64,000 nt of DNA, taken from Macrostomum lignano (Eukaryota). The stretch is taken from NCBI GenBank assembly GCA_002269645.1, contig NIVC01000368.1:1-64000 (forward strand). The letters are read 5' to 3'. How positions within the stretch are numbered: position 1 is the stretch's first letter; each line of letters begins with the position of its first letter. Below are positions 49,436-63,601 of this stretch, in pieces. Under the pieces are notes generated by a model. That model was not told the origin of the DNA and did no database searches. It saw only the letters and a program-made list of their open reading frames with translations. Position numbers and translations under genes: made by a program.

Positions 49436-52400
49436 TACAACGCAGCAGCGTGTTGAACCAATTGAATTAATTGAATGCGCAACCGATTTCACAGTCAGTC
49501 AGTATCAGTCTCGGTAAAAGTTAACAAAAAGATTGCGCAAACTAAATCAACCCTCCAATACACAGCGACTGACCCCCTTCCAATACGCAGTGGCAATTAA
49601 AAGTTGAACCCCCCCCCCCTCCCACCAACTGTTGGGGGGTTGGTCGAACCCCCATTGAACTCCAAAATGAGTACACTGCCGAAAGTTAAAAGTATGGAAA
49701 TCGTTTTTTAAATGCTGTGCTTTTTGTTTTCACATTTAAAGCAAACAACTTATATCCCCGAACTCAGTATTGCAAGATCTTTCCAGTAATATAAGTCTCT
49801 CCTCTGAAAGTTTAAAACTCGAGGAACAGTTAGCGCTTGAAATTTCCTGATTTAAAGCATTAAAGTATCGAGTGTACGTTCACAGCCTGCTAAAGAGGCT
49901 CGCAAGTTTATTCATTAAATTTTACTGCCCAGCAAATACACATGGCTGCCTATTGAATGCCGCCGATAATAAAACCAATTAAATCTCGACACAGTCCTAG
50001 CTATCTCCTTACACTGTACAACTGCTATGTACACTCAGCCCAAGCCCAACCCCCTCCCATTCCGGGGGAATCGTTAAATTTAATTGAACCCCCAACACGC
50101 GGGGGGGGGTTATTTGCATTGAACGCGGAACACGCGCACCCACCACCCCTCAATACACAGCGGCCCGCGGGCGGAGGTTGGGGTGGCTATTTTTACAAAC
50201 TGGCTGCAGCCCCAGGCAGAGTGGCCAAAGAAGGTTATTGAGGGTTAAAAAAACAGTTTTCTGCTTTTTTAGGGATCTTAAAATGTAAAAATGAAAGATT
50301 AAAATAGCTATAAACCCAATCCGGAAAATTTGCAGTTTTCCCATATAAGTTTCAACGCTGACTTGCCAGTAGTTTAGGAGAAAAATTGCAACACACAAAC
50401 AAACATCGCACCAGTTTTAGTATTAAGAAGGAATATTGCACAATATAAACATTTGGTAAAAAAATAGGCTAATTAGGCAATGGCAAGCAAAAATATTGAC
50501 TTTTTTCTATTTTCCAAATATGTCCATCTTATATGGAATGAGCCACCACCTGAATTTAGTACCACTTGAATTTAGTACCACCTGAATTTAGTACCGCTTG
50601 AATTTAGTACCGCCTGAATTTAGTACCGCCTGAATTTAGTACCACCTGAATTTAGTACTGCCTGAATTAAGTACCGCTTGAATTTAGTACCACTTGAATT
50701 TAGTACCACCTGAATTTAGTACCATTTGAATTTAGTAACGCCTGAATTTAGTACTGCCTGAATTAAGTACCGCTTGAATTTAGTACCACTTGAATTTAGT
50801 ACCACCTGAATTTAGTACCATTTGAATTTAGTAATGCCTGAATTTAGTAACACAACAAATGGTGCAGCTGAGAGATATTCCTTATGTTATTTGTATAATA
50901 TGAAGGAAAGGAAGTGAATATGAAGTGAAGGAAAGTTCTATTGTTCTGCAACTTCACTATATATATATATATTACTATTCATTGTAATATTATGACTTGT
51001 ATCATTAACATTGTTGGAATAAAATATCTACAGTTGCGATTTGCCTTCCAGTCTTCAATTCTAAAAAATCTTAAAAATTCTTAAATTTATGCATACAGTA
51101 AAATTGAAATCTCCCATATAAATGATAGGTGCATGATGAAACTTTATATTATAATAATACATATGGGATATCTCTCAGCTGCACCATTGTTGCGTTACTA
51201 AATTCAGGTGTTACTAAATTCAGGCGTTACTAAATTCAAGTGGTACTAAATTTGAGCGGTACTAAATTCAAGTGGTACTAAATTCAAGCGGTACTAAATT
51301 CAAGTGGTACTAAATTCAAGTGGTACTAAATTCAAGTGGTACTAAATTCAAGTGGTACTAAATTCAAGTGGTACTAAATTCAAGTGGTACTAAATTCAAG
51401 TGGTACTAAATTCAAGTGGTACTAAATTCGAGCGGTACTAAACTCAATCAGTATTAAATTCACTGTTACTAAATTTCGGTTACTAAATTCACATAGACCC
51501 TTTATTTTTATTTAGGCCTATGTGAATGTCTGCTCTAATTAGCCTTGTTTACCTGAAATTTTGCACTTTCTCTTTAATGAATTTTGTAGAAGTGGTTAAT
51601 AGTTTCTAGGAATATAATAGTTTGAATCTGCGCTAATAATTTGTTTTACTCTACAAAATATTCTATATATTCTACATATTCTATATATTCTCAATATTTG
51701 ATATTTGTTAAAAATATACACGTTCGAATAGTATAAATAGGAGCAGGCTGAGAAGAAGAAGAGACAACTTGTTTGCTAGCTATAAGCTCAAAACCTGTTC
51801 AATAAATCTTTCTCAGATCATTGTTCATTTCTAAAAGTATTGTGAAGAAGATTAAAGGTTGCACTTGGGATTCATACAAAGAGTAGGCCTAGTACTAAGA
51901 GTAACTGCTATGACCCTCTAATCTTGATAATGCCCAGACTGGAGAGAGAAAATGCATATACCAGTACTAGACTGCTCAGGCCATAAGCTACTAGAATGCT
52001 ACCAGAAACACTACTAAGAATGCTACTCAGAAATATTTGAATGAAATTCTAAGAAACAGTTAGAAACATTAAGGCAAGATTTGGTGTCAGCAGTAGAAAT
52101 TTAATAGAAAAAATTATAAACCTGTAACAACTTGGTGGAAATTAGTGGGATAGTTGGAGGACAGAAGTAACCCCTACAATAAATGGTTGACTATCAATTA
52201 GAAGTTGGGTCATAATATCCTAGTATCCTATAGGCCATAACCCAGTGGGATATATTTGATTTTGAAAAGGGAGAGGGATAACTTTTAGACACAAAATGAT
52301 AGACTAATAAAATGTTTTTTGCAATTTTTTGCTACGAGTATATTTAGAAAGTACAAAAATTATGTTTATTTGGCTAAAAAAACTTTACTTTGTTAAAATA

Positions 52401-55400
52401 AAAAAAGCCAATAGACGTCTGTCCTGTTTGTAGCATTTTAGGAACTAGGGATTCATGGAAATATTGTTTAAAACATTTTAATATTACTTTATAGGTAAAA
52501 TAAGCCAATTTTTGGCAATTTTGCTAAGTCTAAGCTGCTTCATTTTGCATTTAAAAAAACTGAATGCTTGTTTCTTATAAATTATCAAAATGGGAGGATC
52601 CCCCCTATTTATGCCACTGTCATAACCTAACCTTAAATATATAATTATATTATTGACCATTATCTATAATATCACCTAATTGACTTTAAAAGCAATTCAT
52701 TTCAATATTGATAGGCCTATAGCCTTACATATCATATAAGTTGACATTTTTATCCTTGTTTTTATTTTATCCTTTGGCGTTAAAAACCAACTTCATTCTT
52801 AGAATTAATATCAAGTAAACATTAAAAATTATGCAAGATGACTAATATAAAAATACTGATAGTAATGGGCTCAATTTATGTATGCATTAAGAAAGATATC
52901 TCATTTGACATACATTAAAACTTCTCAAGGGAAAAAAGAGTGAGTAGGCAGCTTAAAGTACTTTTGCTATGATGCAAAAGCAAAAAATGGGCAAAAAAGT
53001 ACATAAAAATCATGATCTTTAGCAACATGCATAATGCCATCAAATTTGATAATACACTAGTCTTTTGATGCTTTCTAAATAATCTCTTACTCTTAGTTTG
53101 CACCACACAAAGAAACTTAGCTTGTTGTTTTATTATCTGTAAATAAACAAAAAAATTAAATTGATTTTTAATTTGGAAAGTACAATTCTAATGTGCACAC
53201 AAAGAATCAATACAATATAGCAAAATATACTATTTTGAATCACAAAATCAATCACAAAAAGCAGCATTTATGCTATAATACAATTATGATGCACCAGATA
53301 TGCTAAAAAGTGATAGACAAGTTCCAAGTTGAGATCCGAAGCAAATACATGTTTTAAATTTATGCAATCCTAACCATATGGACTGACTTCTTAAATTTGT
53401 AGAAGTGAGCAGCAATTTATATGACATTAAATTGCTAAATATTTTAGTTCAATTTCAGTACTATTTGAAGCAAACTAGGAACCAATTTGCATAGAACATT
53501 CTAGAACATGATTTGCATGGCATATTGACATATGCATGGGGACAAACTTCCAAAGTCAGCCAATGTAATCCTAATAGAAAATACTTTGAAAGTATTGCCA
53601 AGTAAAGATACATTCAAACATGACAAACTTCCAAAGTCAGCCAAGGTAATCCCAACAGGAAATACTTTGAAAGTAGCAACCTACAAAGCTTTGAAAACTT
53701 TGTAAATAATCAGATTATTCAAGTTAAAACATTGGTAACTTACTAAGTATAGCAAAGTAGAAAAATACCCTCTTAATTAATGGTATTAATTTTTGCTTAA
53801 GGGTTTCTTTTACAGATAATTTGCATATTTGGTCACAAAATAAATCACATATCAAGTATAAATTAGGGGGTTATGCATAGTATGTATTTGCATGATCATT
53901 ATCATAAACAGAAATTAATTAGTATGCATTTGCATGATCATTATCATAAACAGAAATTAATTAGACACCTACATTAATTAAAATAAAAATGCCAATATTA
54001 GGATTCTCAAGATTAATGCTGTTAACATTAATGAATTTAGTTCCCACTAGCAATCTAATGCCTCTCTTTAGGGTGCCCAATAAGCAATGAGCAAAAAAAT
54101 ATTCTTGCAAATCCATCCAAAGCACATTTTCTTAAGAACTAATTCCTTTTTCAGGTTTATAAGCCACCTTATTTGAGTAAAATTTTCATGGACAAAGATG
54201 TTTGCTATGAATCTACTTTTTCTAAAAGTAACATAATGACAGTGAAATAAAGCTTTCACAAAGATTGCAGACATTTCCCCTAATGAGAAAACATCCCCAA
54301 GATAGCAAGCATCCCCCCCCCAGATAGCAAGCATCGCCTAGATATTTTCACTGAATATTTGCTGATTTGAACTCAATTCACTTTAATTCACTTTAATCAA
54401 TTCACTTTAATCAATTCACTTTAGTCAATTCACTTTAGTTTAATTGTTTAACAAAAATTAGTCTCACGAAGAAAATTTATTCAGTAAGATTTTCATATCG
54501 ATTTCCTTGCATTTCTACTTTAAGTAGTGTACTCAGCTTTCTTAAGTTTTTTTGTTTGAATTCTCGTGTGCAATTATTTGCTCATTGCAGTTAAGTAATC
54601 GTTTTATGTTTTTGAGTCAAGTTAATGTTACGAGCGTACATACCTTTTTATTTTCTTAGTCTATATTCCTTCACAAATTACGAAAATATCATGCAGTGTA
54701 CTCGTAGCTTTTAAAGTGCTTTTTAACCTTGTTTAATTTCGTGTCGCAAGTTTGTTGAGTGTATGAAGTCTCTGCACTTTTGGTCACAACCTCGAAAGTC
54801 CCCAAGACTAAAAGTTTACTCAACAACTTAAGATTTCGAGCTTAGAGTAAATTTTTGCTCTGTACATCTAAGTGTAATCTGGTATAGCCGTTTTGCAGCT
54901 GTTGATTATTCAGTTAGCACTGGCGTTTTTGTGGCAATTATGATAATTTCGAGCTCTATTTATTACAGAAAAGCTATCTGAAATTGTTCCGCGACAAAAA
55001 ATTCTATTTTACTTTTCTAGACTGTAGGCTGAATAGTTATTTCTCCAAATATGACGGCTATGTAGAAGCGGCTGCGTTTCTTTGACTTTGTAAATTGGTA
55101 ATTGATAGTTAGGGAAAATTTAATTATCGTTTGATGATTGCGCTTCTCCCTCTGTCTGTGTGCCACCTGCTCTTTCTGTGCTGGAGAACAAGTCTTAGGA
55201 TTAAAGCAAAGCGACAGCACCCTACTGGGGAATGGAGAATTGATACCCCTTCTGTAAAGCATTCTGTATTGAGTCCACGTCGCAGCTGAGCTTCAATGTA
55301 CACTTGTACTTTTACAATGTACTACTCTACCATGGCAACATAGTTACGTCGTATTAAAATTACTTCTACTGGTTACGGCACAACACCAAAACGAAACCAA

Positions 55401-56787
55401 CAAGCGAAGTATATTAACGCAGTAAATCCGGGATCGCAAAAAACCGGGATTTCGCCATCCCTATTCTGAAGGTTAGAGCTTGTAAGTTCGAGCTGCAAAT
55501 TCTTTTTTTTTCAACCAAATCCCTTTTCCCAATAGCTTTATAGCTAGCTCTTATACCACTTGACTAAAATGGTTTTACAAGGCAAGTTTAGTTCAGCTGC
55601 GACTTCGCGACTTTTTCTCGCCCGTCCTGAATCGATAGAAAGTGACTGCACTGGAAATGAAAGGTCGGTCGTATACATTGTTAGGAAAGGTTTTCATTTT
55701 GTACTTTATTCCTTAAAGCGGATTGGCTGGCTAGATCTGTCAATACTCGGGTAAGGTCAGCGTACTTGCTAAATGGAGTTCTCTGGTTTGAGTGCTTGGG
55801 CCTTTCTCTTGCCCCACATTTCTCTGCGAGTGCACACTTTATGTACTCTTTCCAAAGGGCTCATACTACTACATTCCGTCTTCATTTCCGACAGTCAAGA
55901 ATTAACCGGAAAAGAAAGTTTCTAGGCATCATTCTTCACCCGCGCGTGCTCCCGTCCAGTTTGAATTGTTATTGGATTTTCGAGTGAAAAAATATCTATT
56001 CTTTTCGTTACCGTTACCGTCCTAAAAAACCTCTATCTATCCATCGCCCTACTCGCAGAGGAGGTTTAGGCACTCCACTAGGATCGTGTGCGCTGCGCTT
56101 CCCTCCATTTCTCTACCTTACTCTATAAGCACTCGACGCGCCTGACTGATTCTCCGTACCCGAACCCTTCCTCCCCTCCCTCGGGAGGTCGGTTGGTTGG
56201 TTTTCTTATCTCAATAACGCTTTCCGATTGAAGGCATGGACGGGAGGACGGGCGGAATGGCAATTATTTGCAGGATTGGGGTGTGGGTCTATGGGGTGGG
56301 CTATAGGCTCTTCCATACCCCGGCCCCGCGCTATTTTCGTCCTTAGTGCTCCTCCGCGAGCAAATGTACATTCTTGTGAAATATACAGTGAATTCCCTTA
56401 CCTACCAGCCTCCCTCTGTCCTGATAGATAGGCCTTTGCTTTAGGAGCCCAAATTCCCTTCCTATCCGATCTCTACGCTTTTGATATAATCCGTGTCAAG
56501 CCTCTTTACTCTACTTCCTTCGCTTCGTCCTCTCGCTGTCTTTTCACAAGCGATTTCAGCTTATAAAAGCGTTTGACATTTTTATTACTCCTTGAAAAAG
56601 TTTCATAAGGAGTTGACCCTCTATTGCTACACAACTGTGTACTCTGTTTTAGTGAGAGCGAGAGAGAGAAAGAAGTCGTCTCTAACCACCCCCTGGCCCC
56701 CTATTTTAACTTATTCTTGTTTAGTTTTTTGAAATGCCAGAATTTATTAGACAGTAGATATAATTTATTTCCTTAATTGATTCGAGC

Positions 56788-57345
56788 ATGAGCAGCAAAG
56801 ATAATTTAGAACCAGAAATTAACAATGGCAATGAGCCGATGGAAGCAACGGAGTCAGAATCTTTTGCTAGCCCAACTGAATCGCAATATCAACAGCAACC
56901 GTGTTTTCCAAGCTATCGCACTAGATATCAGCAAAAAGCAGCCAGTTGTAATGCTATCAGTCTCAGCAGCAGCAGCAACAGCAGCAGCAATACTAGCGTG
57001 GAAGCAGTTGCCAGTCAACAGCAACAACAACAGCAACAGCATCCACATCAGTTGAAAATCGATCACCTGTGTCGTCGATTACAGCAATGCCGCCGGCATC
57101 AAAGCCAAAGTCAGCTTCACCGTCAGAGTCGCAATAGTTATCATAACGGTGGCTCTGTTGGCGGCGGCAGCAGTGGCGCAAATCGCAGGCGCAGCAGCGC
57201 GATCTCTGCCAAGTCGAAGCATTGCTACTTGTCGCAATACAAAGTCGATAAAACTGCTTATTTTAATGGCGTCCTAGTTAGTGGACGATTGCCTAATAAT
57301 AATTTCGTTGCAGCTAGCAGCAGCAGTAGAGGTTGCGGTCTCTGA
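56788..57345 (+). CDS. Low-complexity Q/S-rich ORF, 185 aa, function unknown
   Basis: ATG-initiated open frame in AT-rich surroundings with poly-Q and poly-S runs. No domain recognised. Confidence 0.4.
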   Translation: MSSKDNLEPEINNGNEPMEATESESFASPTESQYQQQPCFPSYRTRYQQKAASCNAISLSSSSNSSSNTSVEAVASQQQQQQQQHPHQLKIDHLCRRLQQCRRHQSQSQLHRQSRNSYHNGGSVGGGSSGANRRRSSAISAKSKHCYLSQYKVDKTAYFNGVLVSGRLPNNNFVAASSSSRGCGL

Positions 57346-59556
57346 ACATTTACATTATCTTCTTGAGCACATTACCTAATTTTGCTTCTAGTTTACGTAC
57401 GAGTCTATATGTCTATATGAATAGACACTCTTTAGAATCAAGCGCATAACATATTCTTAATGTTGCAATTTTGTTAATTCAGACGATACTCAAAAACGTG
57501 TTGTGAAGTGATGACATTCAATATAGACTAGACTCTACACCTGACAACTGACTGTTAGTGTTGTGTTTTTGTTTTATTTAATATACTTGACGTCAATGCA
57601 ATGTCTGCTTTTTAATCACTATTTCTAAAGTAATAATACATGTCATAAGAAATAACTTTCACTCCCGAATGAAGTAGATTTTGTCGGTGTACTTTTGTAA
57701 TAAATATTCGTCACTAAATTCGAATGCAAAAAATTAGCATTAGTGTGTATAAATTTTATCATTGTATCGTTGCGTCTTTTTTAATTTTTACACAAGTTCG
57801 TTTTTTGTGTTTTACAGTAATCTTGCCCAATGCCCATGCCATTTATTTTATTCATGTAAATCATGTAAACAAATCTTTAAATATGCTGTAGTAAAAATGA
57901 ACCTACACTATATTACCACTACAGCTATAGTAGTATTATTTAAGAGACGGCTATAAAAATTCATTTTAGTATATTGGACTAGCAATCCAGACCTCTTCGG
58001 GGGAACCTGTACCTTCTTTGAGGCTAATGTTTACCAAATGACCAAGTTGTTAGCCAGATACAGTGATTTCAGTCTTCTTTCCTCTTGAATTTGTGAAAAA
58101 GTGTTACATTAAGCTTGTACTTGTACATTACACCATTCAGCAGTGATGGATAATTGTCGAAGTGGTGATAGTAGTCAGATAGTGGTATAGTAAGTAGTCA
58201 TATTAGAATGCAGTAGTATAATCCGACCTAAACGTGATATTAGACTTGACTGAATTCTTGGAAGATATGCCTTATCTGGGTTCTTCAGCGTCAGAATCAG
58301 GATGCCAAATTAAAAAAAGGAAAATGCTGTCTTGTATCAGTCAAAAGGTTCAAAATAAAATAAACTACAAACGCATCTAGCGTATACTTTACATTGCTAA
58401 GCCTCTCTGACTCGAAGAAGTTGCTTTGCGAAAGTCTTCAGAGTTATTTAGTTTACAGATTACTCAAATTTGATTACGGATACGAGCTCTTTGTTTTGAA
58501 AAATCTATGTTCCATTTTTTTCAACTAAAATCATCTCTGTGGCACATTAATTTATTACACAGCCAGCTAAGAATGAAAAAAGTTATAATAAAACCAATGA
58601 GCCGAGCCGTGCCAATTTAATAGTTTTTAGGCATAGGAAATGAAATTGTGTGTAAAGTAAAAACATAGAATCCTGATTTTCTGAACGAAAAGCCTTATGA
58701 AAATCGATAGAGCTATAAGAAAGGCAAGACACATCAAAATATGAACATTGGGTCTGTCTCCTATCGAGAGCAATAACAATTTATTTGCTGATTTTGTATG
58801 ATTTTCTGTCAAAGTACATTAAGCAGTACAAATAATGCATAATCTTGAAAACTTTTTTTTCAATTTCAGGCGCCAAAGTTTAGATTTCAGCTAAAGAATC
58901 GTCGCTTACATGCTACATAGTTTATATAAAAAAGTATTTGCAAAGTCTTCCAATTGTTTGGGTTCAGCATCAAGTCTTTCATCCTGTTACTCATTTTACT
59001 AAGCGAGTATTCTAGTACTATTATTCTATAGTCAACTAGAACCCGGTGTTTCAATTAATTTTTTAATTAATCTACAAAGCGAAAAAGAATAATGCTAGAT
59101 CTACCTTAAATCTACTGTTGATTCCTGCTGAAGGCTACTATTGCTGGCTGAGTTACTGTTGGTAAGTGAATTTAAGTGTTATTGTTCTCTAATAGTACAA
59201 TGGCTCTTGACGACAGTTTTTTGTCTAAATTACTTCGCCTTTGACTGTAGGATTTTTCGTTACCACGCGCTCTTTTAAAGTACTTGTGCACTTTTTACCA
59301 TTGGACTAGAGGGACTAGAGATGAACGGATGGTCTGTCTGCAACGATGGTTGTGATGATTTAGTGGTTTAGAATCTGCTTTTTAGCGCGCAGTAGTACAC
59401 ATCGACAGTTCTTTAATTATTATGTATTGAAATTCAGACAGGCAGTCATAAATCACTCCTTTCTGTCTGTCTGCTGCTACCAAAATGCTCTAATACTGCT
59501 AGGCAGGCAAATTTGCGTATAGCGTCTGCTAGTGCTTTGCTTCAACAGTTGAGTAA

Positions 59557-60085
59557 ATTCTCCAAATTTTACATTCTCCAAATTTATATTCTCCGAATTT
59601 TACATTCTCCGAATTTTACATTCTCCGAATTTTACATTCTCCGAATTTTACATTCTCCGAATTTTACATTCTCCGAATTTTACATTCTTCAAATTTTACA
59701 TTCTCCGAATTTTACATTCTCCGAATTTTACATTCTCCGAATTTTACATTCTCCGAATTTTACATTCTCCGAATTTTACATTCTCCGAATTTTACATTCT
59801 TCGAATTTTACATTCTCCGAATTTTACATTCTCCGAATTTTACATTCTCCGAATTTTACATTCTCTAAATTTTACATTCTCCGAATTTTACATTTTCCGA
59901 ATTTTACATTCTCCGAATTTTACATTCTCTAAATTTTACCTTCTCCGAATTTTACATTCTCCGAATTTTACATTCTCTGAATTTTACATTCTTCGAATTT
60001 TACATTCTCCGAATTTTACATTCTTCAAATTTTACATTCTCCGAATTTTACATTCTCGGAATTTTACATTCTCCGAATTTTACAT
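59557..60085. repeat. 16-bp minisatellite (CATTCTCCGAATTTTA), about 33 units
   Basis: Visible tandem array. Confidence 0.95.
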
Positions 60086-62157
60086 TTCATATACACAGAT
60101 TAGAAAGAAGAGTCTAATAGAGTATAGTTTTCAAAGTAATAATTAATCAGCGAGTTGCAAGCGTACCGCAGTGTGCAGCCCTTTGATTATTCTATTGTAG
60201 CATTCGAATAGAGAACTGCTTTAGTCTCGCATGCATTGTGCTAATTACAGCAGCTGTTCTAGGCCTTACCTTTTAGTCACGCCGTCTTTGCTCGTTAGTC
60301 CTATAGCTTGTTATTTCTAAGGGAAAACGTTAAAGTTCGTAGGATTTTTATTAGTACACGGTGTTCTTCATTTTTTAGAGATAAGGACTGGAAAGGGCCG
60401 TTCTTTCAAACAAATTAATAAGACGAGCAGCTCTGTGTTATAACAATTAAGTTCTGAGTATTCCAGATTAAATATTTAGGCTAAGGACTACTAAAGTAGA
60501 AGGATGAGAAACAACGTTTCTTGTGATAATAATCTCCTGATAGGTTTATTGTTTTGACATATTAATATTCATAGAGCCTTTTGTTAAAAGAAATTTGGAC
60601 TTTATGTTTAAAACTGTGTGTAACAAAATAATAAAATAGATGTATAAAAACAAATGAGTCTAGTTGTGCACAAGGACCGCTAGAAATACGGCGATAACTT
60701 TTAGTGGTCTTTGGCGCAGCCATTTTTTGATTTTTAGGCAGACTAATATAATGAAAGGCAAGACATAAAATATGAACATTGGGTCTGCCTCCTATAAACT
60801 AAAACCTCCTATCTCCGTGATGTATTTTTCGGTAAAACCTTGTAAAATTTTCAAAGAATCGTAGTTTTCCTATCTTACTTAAGCAGTCCTTGATTTAGAC
60901 ATTTATGCTTTACTCGACAGAGTGTACTTTTTAGTTAAAAGAATAACCTTCATGCGCTCGAATTTTAACTGAAATGCTTCTAAAGCTTTTTAACTGTATA
61001 ATTGCCTAGATTTTCTTATCTTACTTGTCTTACTTAGTGTTATACGAGTATGTAGCTTGTAGGTTAGGGTTCAAACTTCAGCGCTAAAGCCGGGTTAACA
61101 TATTGTTGTTAAAAATTATATGGATAAGAGCCGGAATTAAATTGGAAATATATAAAATTAGATAGAATTATTAAATCTACTTTAGCCAGGGGTCGTCTCC
61201 ATCTGGCTTTCGGGGTTCTTTGAAACTTCTCTCCTCTTACGAGCTATCTTCGATCTTCTATCTCATCCCATCTCTCGTCTCTCCTCTCTTCCCTCATCTC
61301 TCATCTTTGCCGACCCATGGCGTCTCGCATCATACTACTTCTCGTTGCTTTATAGTTTTTCAGTAGTCTGTAAAGCAAATTTATCTTAGTTAAGAAAAAT
61401 GCTCGAAAACTGAAAAAATTACTACATTAGACTGCCTAGAAGGTTATATGGCGGTAGCTAAATTGCTTGTAAAGCCTGTACTATATACACATATGGGCTA
61501 AGCTTGTTTTCTGTTTTTCCTTGGCTTCAGGGGACCGATTTCTGGGTCAGCCTGTAGATCCTGCGCTCCACTAGCCGATGCCGCTGCCAGGGGGGGGGGT
61601 CACCGTCTTTTTTGAAGCAGAAATGTTACAGTTGCTAGATTTGTTACAGCAATACTCTCAGTCTATTCCTAGAGTGTGTGCAAAACCGGATGCTGAGAAA
61701 TTGTAGCATTCTTGGAAAAAAAGTTGAAACACATTCTAGGACGCATTCGGGCCTAGATTTGAACTGGATTAGTTTACTTTTTTCCTAGCTATATCACACG
61801 CGCAATCGGAATTGGGAAAGGAAGAAAGTTGAGGGTGGAGAATAGAAATCGATACAAAATCATTGTACCAATTTTCTACTCTCCATGTAACTCTCGAACT
61901 CGTAAGAATTAATTGCTAGAAAGTCACTAAATAAGTTTCTAACCAATTGACATGATTTAAATCGATCCGTGTTTTTTTAGCTGAGTTGGAATTGTTTGTT
62001 CTATATTATTATTTTGAACTGACTATGAGTGAGTCGTGCTATGCGTTAGCTGATTGACTAGCAATCAGCGCCCCCCGTTGGGAGCCAAAAAATGCAGTAC
62101 AAGTTGTTTTAATAAACTACATGTAGCGTCTCTTTGAATTTTACTCCAGCAGTCCCT

Positions 62158-62589
62158 TGTAAGCCATGACATGTCAGCAATTCCCCCCACAAGCCTTAAC
62201 ATATCAACTCCCCCCTTGACATCTCAACGATGCCCCCATAAGCCTTAAAATCTTAAAAAATCTGTCTACTTTCTAACCCTAGCCCTAACCGTAAAGCATT
62301 GACATTTCAGTAATTCTCTCCAAGAGTCATTATAGCACTACTACAGTATTATAGCGATTACCTGCAAGCCTCGACATCGTAGGGATTCCCAAATGAATCT
62401 CTTAACTTCGACATGAAGCTTCTTTTATTTTTTACATTACGCTTTTTCTATCAGCAATCCCTCCCGTGAGGAGCCAACAAAAAATGTAATAAAACGTTTT
62501 TATTAAGCTATATGTAGCTTCTGACTTTAGCCTTGACATCTCATTTATTCCCACGTGAGCCTTGACATCTCAGCTATTCCCCCCGTAAG
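62158..62589 (+). repeat. Second copy of the dispersed repeat at 45660-46103
   Basis: Collinear, high-identity match by eye. Homology extends somewhat upstream (about 62065). Confidence 0.85.
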
Positions 62590-62625
62590 CCACACTATGC
62601 CACACTTATGCCACACTCATTGGAT

Positions 62626-63115
62626 CTGTCACTAGGTCACTCTGTCACTAGGTCACTCTGTCACTAGGTCACTCTGTCACTAGGTCACTTTATCACTAGG
62701 TCACTCTGTCGCTAGGTCACTCTGTCACTAGGTCACTCTGTCGCTAGGTCACTCTGTCACTAGATCACTCTGTCACTAGGTCACTCTGTCACTAGGTCAC
62801 TCTGTCACTAGGTCACTCTGTCACTAGGTCACTCTGTCGCTAGGTCGCTCTGTCACTAGGTCACTGTCACTAGGTCACTCTGTCACTAGGTCACTCTGTC
62901 ACTAGGTCACTCTGTCACTAGGTCACTCTGTCACTAGGTCACTCTGTCACTAGGTCACTCTGTCACTAGGTCACTCTGTCACTAGGTCACTCTGTCGCTA
63001 GGTCACTCTGTCACTAGGTCACTCTGTCACTAGGTCACTCTGTCACTAGGTCACTCTGTCACTAGGTCGCTCTGTCACTAGGTCACTCTGTCACTAGGTC
63101 GCTCTGTCACTAGGT
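62626..63115. repeat. 16-bp minisatellite (GTCACTAGGTCACTCT), about 30 units
   Basis: Visible tandem array. Confidence 0.95.
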
Positions 63116-63312
63116 CAATATGTTACTCTGCCACTCTGTTACTCTGTCAGCCTCTCACTAGATCACTCATAAAGTCACGCTCTCATAAATATAGATATAT
63201 CCTCAATACGTTACTAGGTCACCTCGTCAGTCTGTCATTAGGTCACCTCTTTACACATATACTAGACAGGCCCTAAGTCCAGACAGAATGGTCTCTTAAT
63301 TCAATTTCCAGC

Positions 63313-63493
63313 TGTAAACTGAGAGAAGGCGAGAGTTAAGCGAGACCAAAAACACACGAAGTGGCTAAAGCCACGCGCAACGATTTATATATTTGCAATG
63401 TACACCAATCAATGTACATCGCGATTATTTGCAGATGAATAACTCCGACCCAATAACAACCACACAACAGCGAAAACATTCACGCCTCTTACA
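63313..63493 (-). mobile_element. 3' LTR (181 bp) of a Gypsy-type retrotransposon
   Basis: Ends TGTAA...TTACA. On the minus strand it follows the polypurine tract AGGGAAGGAG (plus strand 63497-63506) and the pol stop codon. Confidence 0.7.
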
Positions 63494-63601
63494 TCACTCC
63501 TTCCCTAAATTGAGGATAATAAAAAAAACTGCGAAAATACAAAAGAGGCAGTAAAACCATGAGAATTAAAAATGCACGAATAGCAAAAATGAACCAGTAA
63601 A

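Larger units (their letters stand above)
44911..50544. mobile_element. E4: 5.6-kb TIR-bounded non-coding element, superfamily unassigned
   Basis: Perfect 17-bp TIR GGCTCATTCCATATAAG. 4-bp TSD ACCA at 44907-44910 and 50545-50548. No transposase ORF recognised inside. Confidence 0.8.
43076..51500. mobile_element. E1: foldback/MULE-like TIR element (about 1.3 kb once nested inserts are removed) with arms of 16-bp repeats (GAATTTAGTACCACCT)
   Basis: Termini match at 43 of 50 nt (GGGT......GAATTTAGTAACCGAAATTTAGTAAC.GTGAATTTA.TAC). 8-bp TSD TTTATTTT at 43068-43075 and 51501-51508. Inner unique IR at about 50841-50905 vs 51135-51205. Left array is split into 43085-43138, 44321-44426, 44724-44910 and 50545-50850; right array is 51196-51490. 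Confidence 0.8.

Noticed and set aside
53540-54435. Short local tandem duplications (about 53-bp x2, 42-bp x2, CAATTCACTTTAAT units; also 25-bp x2 at 39941-39990)
   Set aside because: Ordinary slippage products in AT-rich DNA with no further structure.
55425-55464. Ac-like TIR (TAGGGATGGCG on the minus strand) and a similar TAGAGATGAACGG near 59311
   Set aside because: No partner end or TSD was found, so no element could be delimited.
59513-59932. 139-aa ORF (ILHSPNFTFSEFY repeats)
   Set aside because: Translation of the 16-bp array.
60475-60900. Imperfect inverted ends (AAGGACT.CT.AAGTA) suggesting an old MITE; similar weak IR at 34780-34910
   Set aside because: Too diverged to define termini or a TSD by eye.
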